Source: Macrostomum lignano (lineage: Eukaryota). From it: DNA of 64,000 nucleotides. The notes under the pieces are model-generated. The model saw nothing but the letters and a program-made list of their open reading frames with translations, was not told the origin of the DNA and ran no database searches. The DNA lies in the NCBI GenBank assembly GCA_002269645.1, contig NIVC01000669.1, positions 62,001 to 126,000 of the forward strand, in the 5' to 3' direction. Of this stretch, positions 1 through 13,584 are shown piece by piece. Positions within the stretch are counted from its first letter, which is position 1; each line of letters opens with the position of its first letter. Made by a program: the position numbers and the translations under genes.

Positions 1-1185
1 CTCTAATATGGGAATAGATCTGTCTCTCAATGTGGGAGTAGATCTGTCTCTTAATGTGGGAGTAGATCTGTCTCTCAATGTGGGAGTAAATCTGTCTCTA
101 ATGTGGAAGTAGATCTGTCTCTAATATGGGAGTAGATCTGTCTCTAATATGGGAGTAAATCTGTCTCTAATGTGGAAGTAGATCTGTCTCTAATATGGGA
201 ATAGATCTGTCTCTCATATGGGAGTATATCTGTCTCTTAATGTGGGAGTAGATCTGTCTCTAATATGGGAATAGATCTGTCTCTGATATGGGAATAGATC
301 TGTCTCTCATATGGGAGTAAATCTGTCTCTTAATGTGGGAGTAGATCTGTCTCTCATATGGGAGTAGATCTGTCTCTAATATGGGAGTAAATCTGTCTCT
401 AATGTGGAAGTAGATCTGTCTCTAATATGGGAATAGATCTGTCTCTCATATGGGAGTATATCTGTCTCTTAATGTGGGAGTAGATCTATCTCTCAATGTG
501 GGAGTAAATCTGTCTCTAATATGGGAATAGATCTGTCTCTGATATGGGAATGGATCTGCACTGATATGGGAATAGATCTATCTTTAATATGGGGGAATAG
601 ATCTGTCTCTCATATGGGAATAGATCTATCACTAATATGGGAATAGATCTGTCTCTGATATGGGAATAGATCTATCACTAATATGGGAATAGATCTATCA
701 CTAATATGGGAATAGATCTATCACTAATATGGGAATAGATCTATCTCTAATATGGGAATAGATCTATCTCTAATATGGGAATAGATCTATCACTAATATA
801 GGAATAGATCTGTCTCTGATATGGGAATGGATCTGCACTGATAAGGGAATAGATCTGTCTCTAATATGGGAATAGATCTGTCTCTGATATGGGAATAGAT
901 CTATCTCTAATATGGGAATAGATCTGTCTCTCATATGGGAGTAAATCTGTCTCTCAATGTGGGAGTAGATCTGTCTCTAATATGGGAATAGATCTGTCTC
1001 TGATATGGGAATAGATCTATCTCTAATATAGGAATAGATCTATCTCTAATATGGGAATAGATCTGTCTCTGATATGGGAATGGATCTGCACTGATAAGGG
1101 AATAGATCTGTCTCTAATATGGGAATAGATCTGTCTCTGATATGGGAATAGATCTGTCTCTCATATGGGAATAGATCTGCACTGA
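1..1185. repeat. Minisatellite, ~21-23 bp unit (TAATATGGGAATAGATCTGTCTC), truncated by window start
   Basis: Directly visible tandem units with variant copies. Confidence 0.95.
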
Positions 1186-1350
1186 TATTATATGGGAGAT
1201 AACTTTATATAGCTAGGTCAATATTTAAAAAAGTTAACTTTGGCTTAAAAGTTGAACATTAGCAACAACAGCTTGGCAGACATTGTCTCATGGAAGCCAG
1301 TCGCGAGTTCGCATATTAAAAGTACATAACAGACTAATATAGCTGTTAGT

Positions 1351-2888
1351 TTAATAATTTCCGTAGGCTGGCGGAGCCTCCATGCGGTGCTCAGAGGCGG
1401 GATAAGCGGCACCGCCGCCACCGTCGCCTCCGCCGCCGCTAACGGTGGCCGAGGTGGTGCTGTGCTCGGTGCGGTAGGCGTGGCCGCACTCGCCCCGATG
1501 AAACTCGTGATTGAGAGCGCCGCCGGGTTGGCGCCATTTTAAAAACATGAAATACCCGATAGCGATGTGTAGCCCGAGCGCTGGGACGCAGAACACCTGG
1601 AGTGTGCGGTTTGCTAGCAGTGATTTTCTTGAATATTGGGTGACTATTGCTAATTATATAATCTATAATACTGGATTATGTTAATCTAGACGTCCATTTC
1701 AGAAGATTTTTACATATTAGATTCCAATGTCTAGATCCCGGATTGCAATTTCTAGATCCCTATGTCTAGATCTGGATTGCAATTTCTAGATTCCGGATTC
1801 CACTGGCTAGATCCTGGATTCCACTGTCTAAATCCTGGATTCCAATGTCTAGATTCCGGATTCCACTGGCTAGATTCTGGATTCCACTGTCTGAATCCTG
1901 GATTCCAATGTTTAGATCCTGGACTCCACTGGCTAGATCCTGGATTCCAATATTTAGATCCCGCAATTTGTTGTGTAGATCCGGGATTCCTGTGTTGTAC
2001 CACATATCCACAGGTTTGAATGCCTAGATCTCTAATCTAGTGTTAAGATGTGCGATTTGAAAAAAATATATTAAATGTGTAACTAATTCAAGTATTTATC
2101 TGAATATGTTTCCAGTCGCTGAAAGCAGCAGTTCACTCTGTTTAACTGAACTGATTCTCTTATGATAACACAAGCAAATAAAGCAATAACATACAGCACT
2201 GGCGATGGCGGCGCCCCAGCTCACGCCATTAACGGCAGCGACAATCAGGCCGATCAGAGCCAGCACGCTCAGCACGAGCAGGTAGATCAGCATCTGCGAA
2301 CAAATATATTTTTTAATTAGCCAATAATCTTACTGAGAGGAAGAGAATACACGTAGAGAATATAGCAATAGCCCTCGGAGGGGAACACTGAGGACACAGC
2401 AATGGCCCTCTGAGGGGGACACTTGAGGACACAGCAATGGCCCTCTGAGGGGGACACTTGAGGACACAGCAATGGCCCTCTGAGGGGGACACTTGAGGAC
2501 ACAGCAATGGCCCTCTGAGGGGGACACTGAGGACACAGCGATAGCCCTGTGAGAGGGCGCGGGGGACAATTAGAGCACAAAAACAATCCAAAGAACTCAC
2601 AATGAGGCCGAACGGGCCGGGAACGCGGGGCACCACGCGCAGCAAGTAAATTGCAAACAGGGCGCCAGTGCCGAACATCGCCAGTATGCCAATAAAGACA
2701 ATGAAACCGCCGCCATGGCCAGACCACGGATAGATGGAACCGCAGATGATCAGTATGAGCCCCATAACAGAGGCAATAATCATAAGGATACCCATAATAG
2801 TCTTGGGGAATTCTGGGTCCAAGCTAACGCCTGGTCCTTCCTGACGCGTTGTTGTGGTAGTGGTGGCATTGTATGCTTCAGTTTGCAT
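1351..2888 (-). CDS. MARVEL-domain-like 4-TM membrane protein (CMTM/plasmolipin-like), ~210 aa, 3 coding exons
   Basis: Exons 2888-2601, 2293-2195 and 1596-1351 join in phase 0 with GT-AG sites (ATT|gtgagt, cgcag|ATG, GCT|gtatgt, tccag|GTG). Four hydrophobic segments; N-terminal LDPEFPKTIMGILMII resembles the MARVEL first-helix motif. Confidence 0.75.
1727..2035. repeat. Intronic minisatellite, 21 bp unit (CTAGATCCTGGATTCCACTGT)
   Basis: Tandem units in intron 2 of the MARVEL-like gene. Confidence 0.9.
2363..2555. repeat. Intronic minisatellite, 35 bp unit
   Basis: AATGGCCCTCTGAGGGGGACACTTGAGGACACAGC recurs at 35-bp spacing in intron 1. Confidence 0.9.
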
Positions 2889-4273
2889 GGTAACTGTTGG
2901 TAGGCAGTAAGGTTCTGTAAAATGGTACAAGTGGTATATTATAGTGGCAGTAGTGCTGAAGTGCTTAAATTTTTGTGTCAGAGAATGCCATATTTTTGTT
3001 CAAGACAAACATTTTATCTTAACATTATCTGTTGCCTTTATTGAGTGATTTATTGTTATATATCTTAAGATTTAAACAAAATTAGCTAATATTTATATTT
3101 ACATAATACACTAAAATCTTACAATTCTATCTTTTATCTTCATATCTTTCTTCTAGTCTAGTCTAGTCTAGTCTAGTATACTAAAAATGAAAAAATTGCT
3201 TGCTTGTACGAAATCGATTATCTCCCGAAAGGCTCAACCGATTTTCTCCGTTTCTTCGCCAAAAGATGTCAAATGTGCCTGGGACAGTACATGTAATTTT
3301 ATTAAGCTCTAGCTCAATGCTAAGGGGATTAAATATTCGAAAAACTGTTTTAAATGGGCTTTTTCAATGCAAAATTCTATCAGCGAGAAACTTCACAGCC
3401 AATTTTAATGATTGCACCAGAGCCAACTGATAAGAAAACTCACTGGGCCCACTGCCCAGACAATTACTCTATTTAACTTGCACAACCAATTAAGGGGGGG
3501 GCATAATAAAAATTCTGGATGCTGGCAGACAGCCTACCCCAGCTAGTCTATTTTCTAAAAACAGAGTGTAAAAAAACTAATTTGATACTAAGGTTTGAAT
3601 TGATAACATTCTTTCTGGGCAATATTATAAGCTAGGTCTAAAGTAGTATTTGGTATATTATAAAGTTTATCAATTGATTATAGAATATAGCCTATGCTAA
3701 TCACTAATTTAACTTCAAGTAACAAGTGCATTTTTATGTAAATATAGATTTAATAGTAGAAAATAAGCAATGTACAAGGATCTTCATGGCTTAAATTTTT
3801 ATATTTTATATTATTTTGCTAAACTAGGCTAGACCTAGACTTTATACGAGTATAAAATTTTATCGACCTATAATTAAAAAAAGAATTTCTAAGCTTTATC
3901 TAGTAACTTTATTAGTATTGTTATTGATAATTGATTTGCATAACTGAGTTCTTATTTTACTTATATTATATAGCCTATGCAATAAAGGTTTAGACTCTAT
4001 ATCTAATATCACTTGTTTTCCCTCTTTAGTAATAGTAGAGACATATTTTTATTAATAATTATATTGATTATTTTACATTGGTAGGCAAATAGTACATTGG
4101 CTATTCAAGTATTAGTCTAAGAGCCATGCAATTTTTTTAAAACATTTGGCTTTTCAGTTGCTATCTAGCCTAGCTAATTTTAAATAATAAACCAAGGATA
4201 AGATGCAAAGTTAACAATTAAAAAAATAATATAATATTAATCAAGTAAAGTGGCTTGCTTAATGAAAAGTAGA

Positions 4274-5911
4274 TAAATAAAGGTCAATATCAACATTAAG
4301 TATCAGTTATTTATTTGAGTTGCCAATGCATTTCGTCCAATATTAGACATCTTCGAGGTCGAAAAATTTATTTGAACCAAATTATTTAACACTAACAATA
4401 TATATAGTGAGTGGAGAGAAGTATGAAAGTACATATAATTTTAGCTCACTTACTTTGGAATATAAGCCAGCCAATTTCCTTGACAATTTAATTAAACCTG
4501 TCATTCCTTTTGAGCACTGTGTGGAATCCAATAAACAGTTTTTTGAGAGTCTTAGCAACACCACGACTAATCAAACCAACAGGCTTTATAGCTTTGATGT
4601 TGTTTCTCTGTTTACCAACATCCCTCTTGAATTCACCATTGAGCTTGCTGCTGATCTTGTGTATGAAAAAGCCAATCCACCTCCATTCTTGAAAGCCACT
4701 TTTAAGAAGATGCTTAAATTCGCCACCTCTAGCATCTTTCTTTGTCAGGCCAATTATTATAGACAGATTGATAGTTGTACCATGGGCAGTCCTCTTGCCC
4801 AAACCCTTGATAATTTGTGCATGGCTCATTGGGAAAAGGACTAGATGTCCCTCATGTGTGCGCCTTGCTTTTACAAATGCTACATAGATGACACGTTTGC
4901 AATCTTTGAGGACAAAACTAAGACAAATGAGTTTTTCAACATTATCAATTCTACTTATGAGAATATCAAATTTATGGTGGAAGGTGGAGGCAGAAGACTT
5001 CCTTTCTTAGACATTGATGTTGATGCCACCAATGAAACTATTTCTACCAGTGTGTTTAGGAAACCTAGCTTTACCGAGCTTATGCTTAGGTTTGATGATC
5101 TATGCCCTAGACAATGGAAAGTTGGATTGGTTTGCTGCTTTCTTTGCCAGGTCTTTTCCATTTGCAGTTCCTGGAGGCTCTTTCACAATGAAGTTGAAAT
5201 CCTCACCAACTTGCTTAGCTACAATGGCTACCCTAGGAACTTTGTGTTGAAAATTGTTAACACTTTTCTCAATGACAAACTGACTGAACCTACTCAGATG
5301 AAAGTTCATGAATCCACCTCTGATTGTCCCTTGATCACTTTACCTTTCTTTGGGGTTTGTTTTATTGAGTTCAAAAAGAAGATTGAAAAGCTGTTCCATC
5401 AAGACTTGAACACTCAAATCCATATTGTGTTTTGCACTAAAAAGGTTGCTTTTCAACCTGCTAACTTGCAATAGTTGTTGTGATACTGACCCACACAAGA
5501 TGATTAAGGCTATTGATTTTTGCAATAGAGATCATATGCTCTGCCTATTAGAAGCCCTGTACATTAAAACAAGACAGCCTACATTAAATAATCAACTTGC
5601 AATAGGTGGGGCTAGCTGTCAACTTTGCATATTTTAGTTTACCTTGCTAATAACCAGACTGAAATGAAACCAACATGCACTCTCCCCCTACCAATAATGC
5701 TTCCACTTTTAATTAATATGTACAAGCTTTTAAACCATCAAAATTTTATATACTTTCATACTTTTCTCCATTCACTACAATATATATACTGTTTGCATTA
5801 AATAATTTGGTTCAAATAAATTTTGACCTCAAAGATGTCCAATATTGGACAAAATGCATTAGCAACTCAAATAAATAACTAATACTTAATGTTGATATTG
5901 ACCTTTATTTA
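4274..5911 (+). mobile_element. Decayed Penelope-like retroelement (RT plus C-terminal remnant of GIY-YIG endonuclease) with inverted terminal repeats
   Basis: RT motifs FDVVSLFTNIP, QIDSCTMGSPL and YIDDTF in 4407-5474, broken by a stop at 4842-4844. C-terminal LEALYIKTRQPTLNNQ is typical of the PLE endonuclease end. ~115-bp inverted repeats at 4274-4389 and 5798-5911. Confidence 0.85.
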
Positions 5912-6061
5912 TAATACAATATGCAATAAAGACAAAGTATAAAAATAAAAGACACAAAAAAAGACAAAAACAGAAAGAAAAAGTGACAAAGAGATATTAA
6001 AATATAAAATATAAAACAAATAAAGCAGAAAGAATAAAAATAAACCATTTTATATTGGTTT

Positions 6062-7353
6062 GTTGTTAAACGAAAGGGTCCTAGGGGGACCCGCGGATCA
6101 GCCCTGGGGTGGGCTCTGCCGCGAGGGGCACTTCCAGGGGCCAAGGCAGTATCTGTCCAGGGCCCGAGATACCCCATGGATTGGATTGGACCCGGCTCAA
6201 AGCGCGGGGGGCGAATTGGACCCAAGCCTACGGTACAAGACACCGCCAACCCAAACAGTGGAATCAGGGACGGTGCTAGGACCGAGTCCACCCAGGCCAC
6301 CCCCCAGCCAGCGAGTCCTTGGGAGTGCGCAGAAAAATTGGAAAGCGAAATGCTTGAAATACTACTGAAAAAAGCGGTCCGAGTGAGGAGTTACTCCTAA
6401 ACCTGCGGAAATGGCTTAAACTATTGGAGCGAGTCTGGGCAGCTATTTACCAAGAGCGATCCTATACAGCAACCGCATAAACTGTAGGTCTCGAGCCTCA
6501 AGGCTTTTCACTACCCAGCTCTATATTGGAGTGAGTCTGGAAGGCTTGTATCCGAGGGGGAGACTCCAGGCGGACATGGCAACACCTCTATTGCTACCAA
6601 CCCAAGGGCATCGCCTATCCAGCTCATTATTGGGGGCCAGGCCAAGGGGTCGGGAGAAGAGGCACCCAGGGCAAGAGGACTCCGGACTCAGCCGGTTGTC
6701 CCCGGTTCGGGACGAACATCCTTCCCAGGACACCAATCCACTGTCAGGATGAGAGCCAGAGACATGCAAGCAGGGACCTTACAGCAGGAGCCAGGAGATG
6801 GACCCGAGGACAGGGCAAGATGGACCGGGCAAGGGCAGAGCTCATAACTCCATAGAAATTGGGTTTGGCTCAAGGCCTAATTAAGCTAAAAACAAAATAA
6901 AAGCAGGGGATAAAACCGCGCTGGGATGCCAGCCCAGAAAAAAAGAATGGCAGTGGGGAGGAGCACCATAGCCCTAAAGCAGGCAGCTTGCCGACCTGCA
7001 GCCCGGGTGCTCAGCCTCAGGGCTGGCATGCTACTGGGTCTACCGTACACCTTTGTGAATTGGTCATTTTCTTTCCTGCAGGGCGGGTACGACCGGGGGG
7101 CTCAGTCCCGTCCTAGCCACACTGCAGTCCAGAGAACCTACTCACTCCGGGCACCACCCCCCCCTAAACCAAGGCCGAGGGCCAAATAATTGGAATGTAC
7201 ACCTAAGAAAGATAGGGTTTATTTTTAGAACAGGCACAGCCCCTCCGGGGCGGACCCTTTGAAATTGGCATAGCCAATCGGATTGCGCACAACCCTTAGA
7301 CAAGCTGCCAGAAGGCAACCAGGGTAAAAAAAGTCAGAGACCTTCTCTCTCTA
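6062..7353. mobile_element. Unclassified GC-rich 1.3-kb insertion flanked by an 11-bp direct repeat
   Basis: TATATTGGTTT at 6051-6061 and 7354-7364; abrupt GC rise against AT-rich flanks; no credible ORF. Confidence 0.5.
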
Positions 7354-8021
7354 TATATTGGTTTAAGGTGACATCAGGATTAGGTAAGTTGAAAGTTGCA
7401 AAACTAAATTGTAAGGCCTATCCATGAGGGCAATGGCTAGAGTTCCAGTTTCGGAACCTATTTTCTAACAGCTATGAATCTGGCAATAGGGTATTCTAGT
7501 AATGCAATTTATAGGTATAATATAGCAGTAAACATTTTACTTTTTTTAACCAGTGGTTGATATTGGGATTTTGTTCAAGATAATCCAAAAACAAAATGAT
7601 TAAATTCAAGATATTTCTAATGTTCAGACTTTATTAGTAGATAATTATATGCAAAAGACTACTAAATCTATAAGCCTAGCCATTAGAAAATGGGTTCTAG
7701 TGCCAAAACTTTAACTATTGCTCTCCATGAAATGACCTAGCCTCTACATTGAATTTATAGAAGTTTTGATATGCATGCATATCATCTAGGTTAGTAATAA
7801 AATATTAACAAATAACTTTTAGAAAAAAGGATATTCTTATGATGCTAATAATGGCCTTGACTTATTCTGATATTGATAATAATAGCAAAATGGCTAAATA
7901 ATAATGAATATTATACAATTAACAAAAAATTTACTAGGCTAGCAATTGTAAAGAAACGCACATTTACTTATTTTTCAATATAAATGAATACCTAAATGTA
8001 TTTATTATGATAGGAGACACA

Positions 8022-9927
8022 TCTCTACATATAAAAATCAAAACTCTGTCTGTGTGTCTGTGTGTGGACAATTTTGATCGCTATGGACTCCCAAACTGCT
8101 CAACCAAACGACACCAAACTTTACACCCACCCTAAACTTACTACGGAGAATGTCTTAGGCTACCTTTAAATTTCCTAGACTCAAGTCTTCCTACCTAAAA
8201 GTACAAAAAACTGCTCAAAATGCGCGATTTTTTCACTAAATCCACTTTTACTGATTCTCTTCAAATTTTACACAGGCAATTTTCAACTATTTTGACACAA
8301 TCGTGTAAAATTTTGAGTCTCAAAGTTAATCCTGAAAGCCGCTGTGCACTTTTAAAGTTAGGCTGTTTTTTTCAGCGAGGCAGCCACCCCAACCTCTGCC
8401 CGCCTGCCTCTCTTTCCCGATCTGGGCCCAGATGTGTAAAAGGGTTTCAAAATTGACTAACTTTCAGCTGCCATAAGTTTTTTCCACGTAAAGCGATTGA
8501 CTTCAAACTTGACACAATTCTTCATTGACTCATTCTCTGTCTAAATGTAAAGTTTCAACTCTGTAACTCAACTGAAAAAGAAACTGTAAGCATGTGAAGT
8601 TTGTCTGCTTTTTCTGTTGTTTGTGCCACTCACTCACTCATTCCCCCAGAGCCAGACGAAGACAGGCGATAGGACTGAATGTACATAGCAAATGTACAGT
8701 GTTTTGGAATAACTTTATTTATAACCTTCTCTGCACCCCGAGAGTGGAGAGGCTACGTTTAGCCATAACAGTTTAGTGAGAAATTCTAACCCCTGCCCTC
8801 CCCTCTGTATTGGCAAACTCTGCAGCAGTTTAACACTGGATGGCAATTGGCAAATCGAGGGAATCCAGCATGGTTTATAAAAGCGAAAGATTTATGAAAA
8901 GGCGATGCGATGCAATGCAATACAACCCTACTAAATTAGGCACACCATTGAAATTTTAGGTTTCTTTTAAAGGTACTGTGTAAATATTAAATGGCCTCCT
9001 AAGAAATGCGTATTTCCTTGGTTGTTAGACTGATACAGACTGCAGTGGAGCTGAAGATACACAAATTCCTTTCAGGGCTGCAAATTGGCAAGAAAGATGA
9101 CGTGATCAAAGCATGAGAACAACCATGAGAGTACTACGTCCCACAAACTGGCTTTCCAAGCAGGGATAGGCAGACTTTTACCTTAAAGGCCAGATAAAGA
9201 ATCCAGCTCTTGGCTGAGGGGCAGATGAGAGTGGAAAGAAGAAGGAATAGACGATTCGAAGAGAGGAGAGGCGACAGAGGGGATAAAAGAAAAGATAAAA
9301 GATAATAGGAGAGATGAGGGGTAAGGACGATGAGAGAGAGGGGAGAAGAGGGGAGAGAGGAAAAGCAAGAGGAGAGAGTAGAGATGAGAGAGCAGAGAGC
9401 TGCAGATGAGAGGAGAGAGGAGATAGCAGAGAGGAGAGCAGAGAGGAAACAGGTGAAAGAAGAGATGAGAGAGTAAAGGGAAGAGAGGAGAGATAAAGAT
9501 ACATCTCTACATCTCTAAGGTTGTAGAGATGAGAGAGGTGGAAGGAGAGATGAGAAATGAGAGATGAGAGATAACGGAGAGAGGAGAGTGGAGTGAGAGA
9601 AGAGAGGGAGACAGAGTATAGAAAAGGGAAGAAAAGAGAAAAGGAGAAAGGAGAAAGGAAAGTGAGGAGTCAAAAGAGGGGAAAGAAAAGAGTACAGAGG
9701 AAAAAGGTGAGAGAACAAATAAGACAGAGATGCCAGATTAAAGAGGGGGATGAGAGAGCAGAGACGAAAGTGAACAGATAAAAGATGGGAGAGTAGAGAG
9801 AACAGAGGAGAGGTTACAGAGACGAGAGGAGAGAGGAGAGACAAGGTAGAGAAGTGAGTGAGGAGAGAGGAGAGGAAAGAGGAGAATGGAGAGGGGAGAG
9901 AGTAGAGAGAGAAGAGAGAAGAGAGAA

Positions 9928-10020
<93 letters not shown>

Positions 10021-10685
10021 AGCAGAGAGAAATGAGAAGAGATAAGAGATAAAAGATAAAAGAAGAGAAAGGAATGATGAGAGAGCAAAGACGAGAGAGA
10101 AAAGAGGTGAGGGAAGAGACGAGAGAAGAGGGGAGAGATGAGAGAGTAGAGGAGAGAGTTAAGAGAAGAGAGAAAAGAATAGAAAGGAGAAGGAAGATAA
10201 GAGAGAAAAGGGGTGAGAGGAGAGAGGAGAGGGGAGAGAGGAGAGAGGAGAGGAGAGGAGAGAGAAAAGAAGAGACAAGAGACGAGATAAGAGAGATGAA
10301 AGAGAAGAGAGATGAGGGAAGATACGAGAGAAGAGGGGAGAGAGGAGACAGGAGAGATGAGGGACGAGAGAGATGAGAGGAAACAAAGAGACGATAGAAA
10401 TTTTAAAGGATCCAAGGATGTAAGGAGAGTCAGGGAGAGACCAGAGTTTAGCAATATATGTTTTAGAGTCAGACAGACATTACCTGACATTCTGCGCAGT
10501 ACCCCAGCCAACAATGTCTCAAACCCTAATTTTACACAAATGTGCTCCATTTTATGTCTACCTCTATCCTACTAACTATTAACAAGTTTTTGTTTGTGTA
10601 TGGCCTTAGATTTCAGAATACATGCAAAAGTAGTTCCAGGTATTGGAATTCCCCAGGTTCAAAATCCGCGGGTTTCAACAGCTTG
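8022..10685 (+). mobile_element. Possible non-autonomous Helitron-like element with an internal purine-rich tract
   Basis: Starts A|TCTCTACATATAAAAATC followed by a TCTG/TGTG microsatellite; ends CCGCGGGTTTCAACAGCTTG|T (imperfect CTRR). Its 3' part has a second copy at ~47890-48506. Confidence 0.4.
9215..10400. repeat. Purine-rich (GA) low-complexity tract with a (GA)n core at ~9930-10017
   Basis: Direct inspection. Confidence 0.9.
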
Positions 10686-12549
10686 TTTAATATCATAAAA
10701 CTTGGCAAACTGTTAAGTTTAGTTAAAATTCTTAGTTTTAAATTTTTTTTAAATTATAACTATGTTTGTTACAATATAAATACAAACCTTTATCTCAGTA
10801 AGTTTCAACTAATTGTCTTTGATCATTTCTTGCAGTAACTAAATAGCTAGACATCTACTAGTCACTAGTCAGAATGTCAAATCATCATATTCTATTTTGT
10901 TATATTGGATGACAAAGTGATAAAAAACAAAGTTAGCTTAAAAAATAAGATGACAAAGTGACCAAATATTTAGTTATATTAGATACTTTGTCATCAACCA
11001 ATCAACTATAATCTGTGGCAAATAGAACTAGTCAATTGACATGTTTTATCAATCAAGATAACAAAATGACTGGGATTATAGGATTCAAAGTAACCAGTAA
11101 ATATGTTTGATTGTCATATTAATTCACTTGAAGTTGGAACTAATATGATTGGTGGATGACAAAATGACTTTCTTAAGGTAGAGCATATTAATTAAGATGA
11201 TAAGGTGACCATAGTCAAGGTGACTTAGGAGGCCCAAGAGCTCTGTAATGTGGATTTTACTGTTTTGTGTTTGAATAGGCCTAGTTTTGTGTTTTTAAAT
11301 GTGTTTCCTATCACAATAAATACACTTTTTTAGTGTTCATTTAAGTGAAAAATAATTAAACATGCACTTTTTTACAATTGCCAATTAATTACATAGGCCT
11401 ATCCCAATCTGTCTTAATTAGGACTAGGCCTAGAACTAGGAGTCTCAAGAATAGATGCCTATTTATAAGAAAAATGAGAGTTCCAAAACTTTGTTGGTGT
11501 AGATAGGCCTAGGGGCCTATAGGCCTAACATAGGCCTAATAGGCATACATTGATGTTAAATGTAAATTGATTAGAATTTATCAGACCTGTTTCAATAATC
11601 ATAATTCCTAAATCATTGTGACGGAATACATTAGGCCCTATATTCATTAGTGTGCATGATTCAGTATCAGTATTATACCTATAGTGTAGCCAGCAGTCAG
11701 GCCAGGTTAGGAATGCTAAGCTTCTTTGGCCTGCCTATGCTACGCCTATAGCCTACGACGCCTACGCGGTACGCCTAGCCCTACACCATGAGGCATATTT
11801 ATAATAATCATCCCAATAGTCTTGAACCTAACTTAAATTTACATCGAAATAATGCAGAATGGGTATGGTGTACACTGTATTGGTATAGAACTCCACTAGC
11901 AACAAAGAGAATTGACACCATATTTGACATACCGGAAATCATATTATGGGGGGCCCTACTCGAGATATTTGTGCTTTGAAAAAGAAAATGCACATGAAAA
12001 TTTTTCAATCTACGAGCGTATATACCAAAATTATCTGTCCAAAAACTTTATGCAAACTAATAATTTTTCTGTCTTCTTTCGACAAATACTTCAAAATTTC
12101 GCCAACCATTAAATTTGTTTTACCTCAAGATTCTTCTTACAAGCTTAGATCCACAGAACTTACCATAGTTCTGAGCTTAGATCTGAAAAACTGGGATCGG
12201 TCCGTCTTGGCCAAACAGGCACTTACCTGCGCCAGTCCAATTCTTACTACCACTAGTGTTCAAACGGACCTGTGCAGCTGACTCATGATCATGAATTCAC
12301 ACCATCACTACTCGGAAATACATTTACTCGTGGTCCTTTTTACACGCTCATTGAGTTATCTAACTGGATGAGAGTGGCACAGTCGCGAATGACTACATGT
12401 ATATGCACCCACTTGCACTGTAGTTATACTGTGACTCGTTCGTACATGTAGATACGTTTTCTAGTCATTTCGTCATCTAGGTTATCTATATATGATCCAT
12501 CCAACCTTGATTCCGGTCGCGCGCTTCGTCATCTTAATTAGCATACACT

Positions 12550-12811
12550 CAGACGCGTCGCCACCGTGGGGGGGACATGCCAATGCTTTGCCCCCCCCCC
12601 CACCCACCCTACCTTTTGAGTTGTTGTGGTGGTAATCAATAATTTTTCTTCAGGGCGCCAAAATATAGCGCCTTCGGCGCCAAAAGGAGTGCCTGCGGCG
12701 CTAAAAGGAATGCCTGCGGCGCTAAAATGAGTGCCAAAATTTAGTCATGTACATGTACATGTTGAATTCTTGGCTTTATCCCCCATCATAAAATCCATGG
12801 CGACGCCCCTG
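12550..12811. mobile_element. MITE, hAT-type (8-bp TSD)
   Basis: Imperfect TIRs CAGACGCGTCGCCA / TGGCGACGCCCCTG; TSD CATACACT at 12542-12549 and 12812-12819. Confidence 0.8.
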
Positions 12812-13223
12812 CATACACTACCAACAGAAGGGAGTTTTTTCGTCATCCGCCAATCCTATCTAATCAATTCCAAGTGAAATAATTTGGAAAATTGTGTAGG
12901 GACCTATACTTTTGAAGTACAATATGTTCGAATTTTTTTTCGAAAAAAAGTTCGAAATTTAATTCTCAAACGACTTGTCGTCCATTTATTTGTGATTTGA
13001 AAAGATGACAAGTTATGAAATAAATCTTTTTAATTTTTTACACAAACTGATTTATTTCCTATGCATACTTAGCCGAATAGCTGAAAAACTTGTGTAATTA
13101 ACTCGTAAACTTTTGTTTTAAAACAGGATAATAACTAACACTGGAACAATAAAAAAGAATCTAAGAGCTTGTACGCACTTATAATCCATGAATAAAGAAA
13201 CTATAACTAGTTGCGGCTCAAGA

Positions 13224-13584
13224 GGGGGCCGTAGCCCAGCAGTAGCGCAGCTGCTCTGGTGTGCCAGCGACCCAGGCTCGATTCCAAGTGCAGCCATATT
13301 AATTTGGGGCTGGATTGGAATCTTGGCTTGGCTCGCTTGTGCAATTAACGGCCTTGAGAGCCAACCCCCCCAAGGCGCAGTGAAGTGTACATGCCTAACA
13401 ATAAATAAAGTTAGGGCCGCTGTACACTCCTGTGTGAGTGTGTGCCTGCGTAACGTATCCGCGCGCTTGTATGCCTGCTCAGGGGAGTCGGCGGAATGGG
13501 TAGTAATGCCTCTCGCCGGTTGTGTGCCAATGACGCTTAAATTGCGCCAAGGTGCACACAACCCCCCTGCCTCTAAAAAAAAAA
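13224..13584 (+). mobile_element. tRNA-derived SINE, family 1, copy 1
   Basis: A-box-like TAGCCCAGCAG, B-box-like GGCTCGATTCC, poly(A) tail, 15-bp TSD AGTTGCGGCTCAAGA (13209-13223 / 13585-13599); near-identical copies at 23929 and 58553. Confidence 0.9.

Noticed and set aside
9178-10575. Ser/Leu-rich and Arg/Glu-rich ORFs (also at 42852-43402 and 47926-48354)
   Set aside because: Artefacts of polypurine/polypyrimidine low-complexity DNA.
13224-13300. tRNA-like sequences at 13224, 23929, 58911 and 40864
   Set aside because: These are SINE heads: no complete cloverleaf, followed by a shared body, tail and (for family 1) TSDs.
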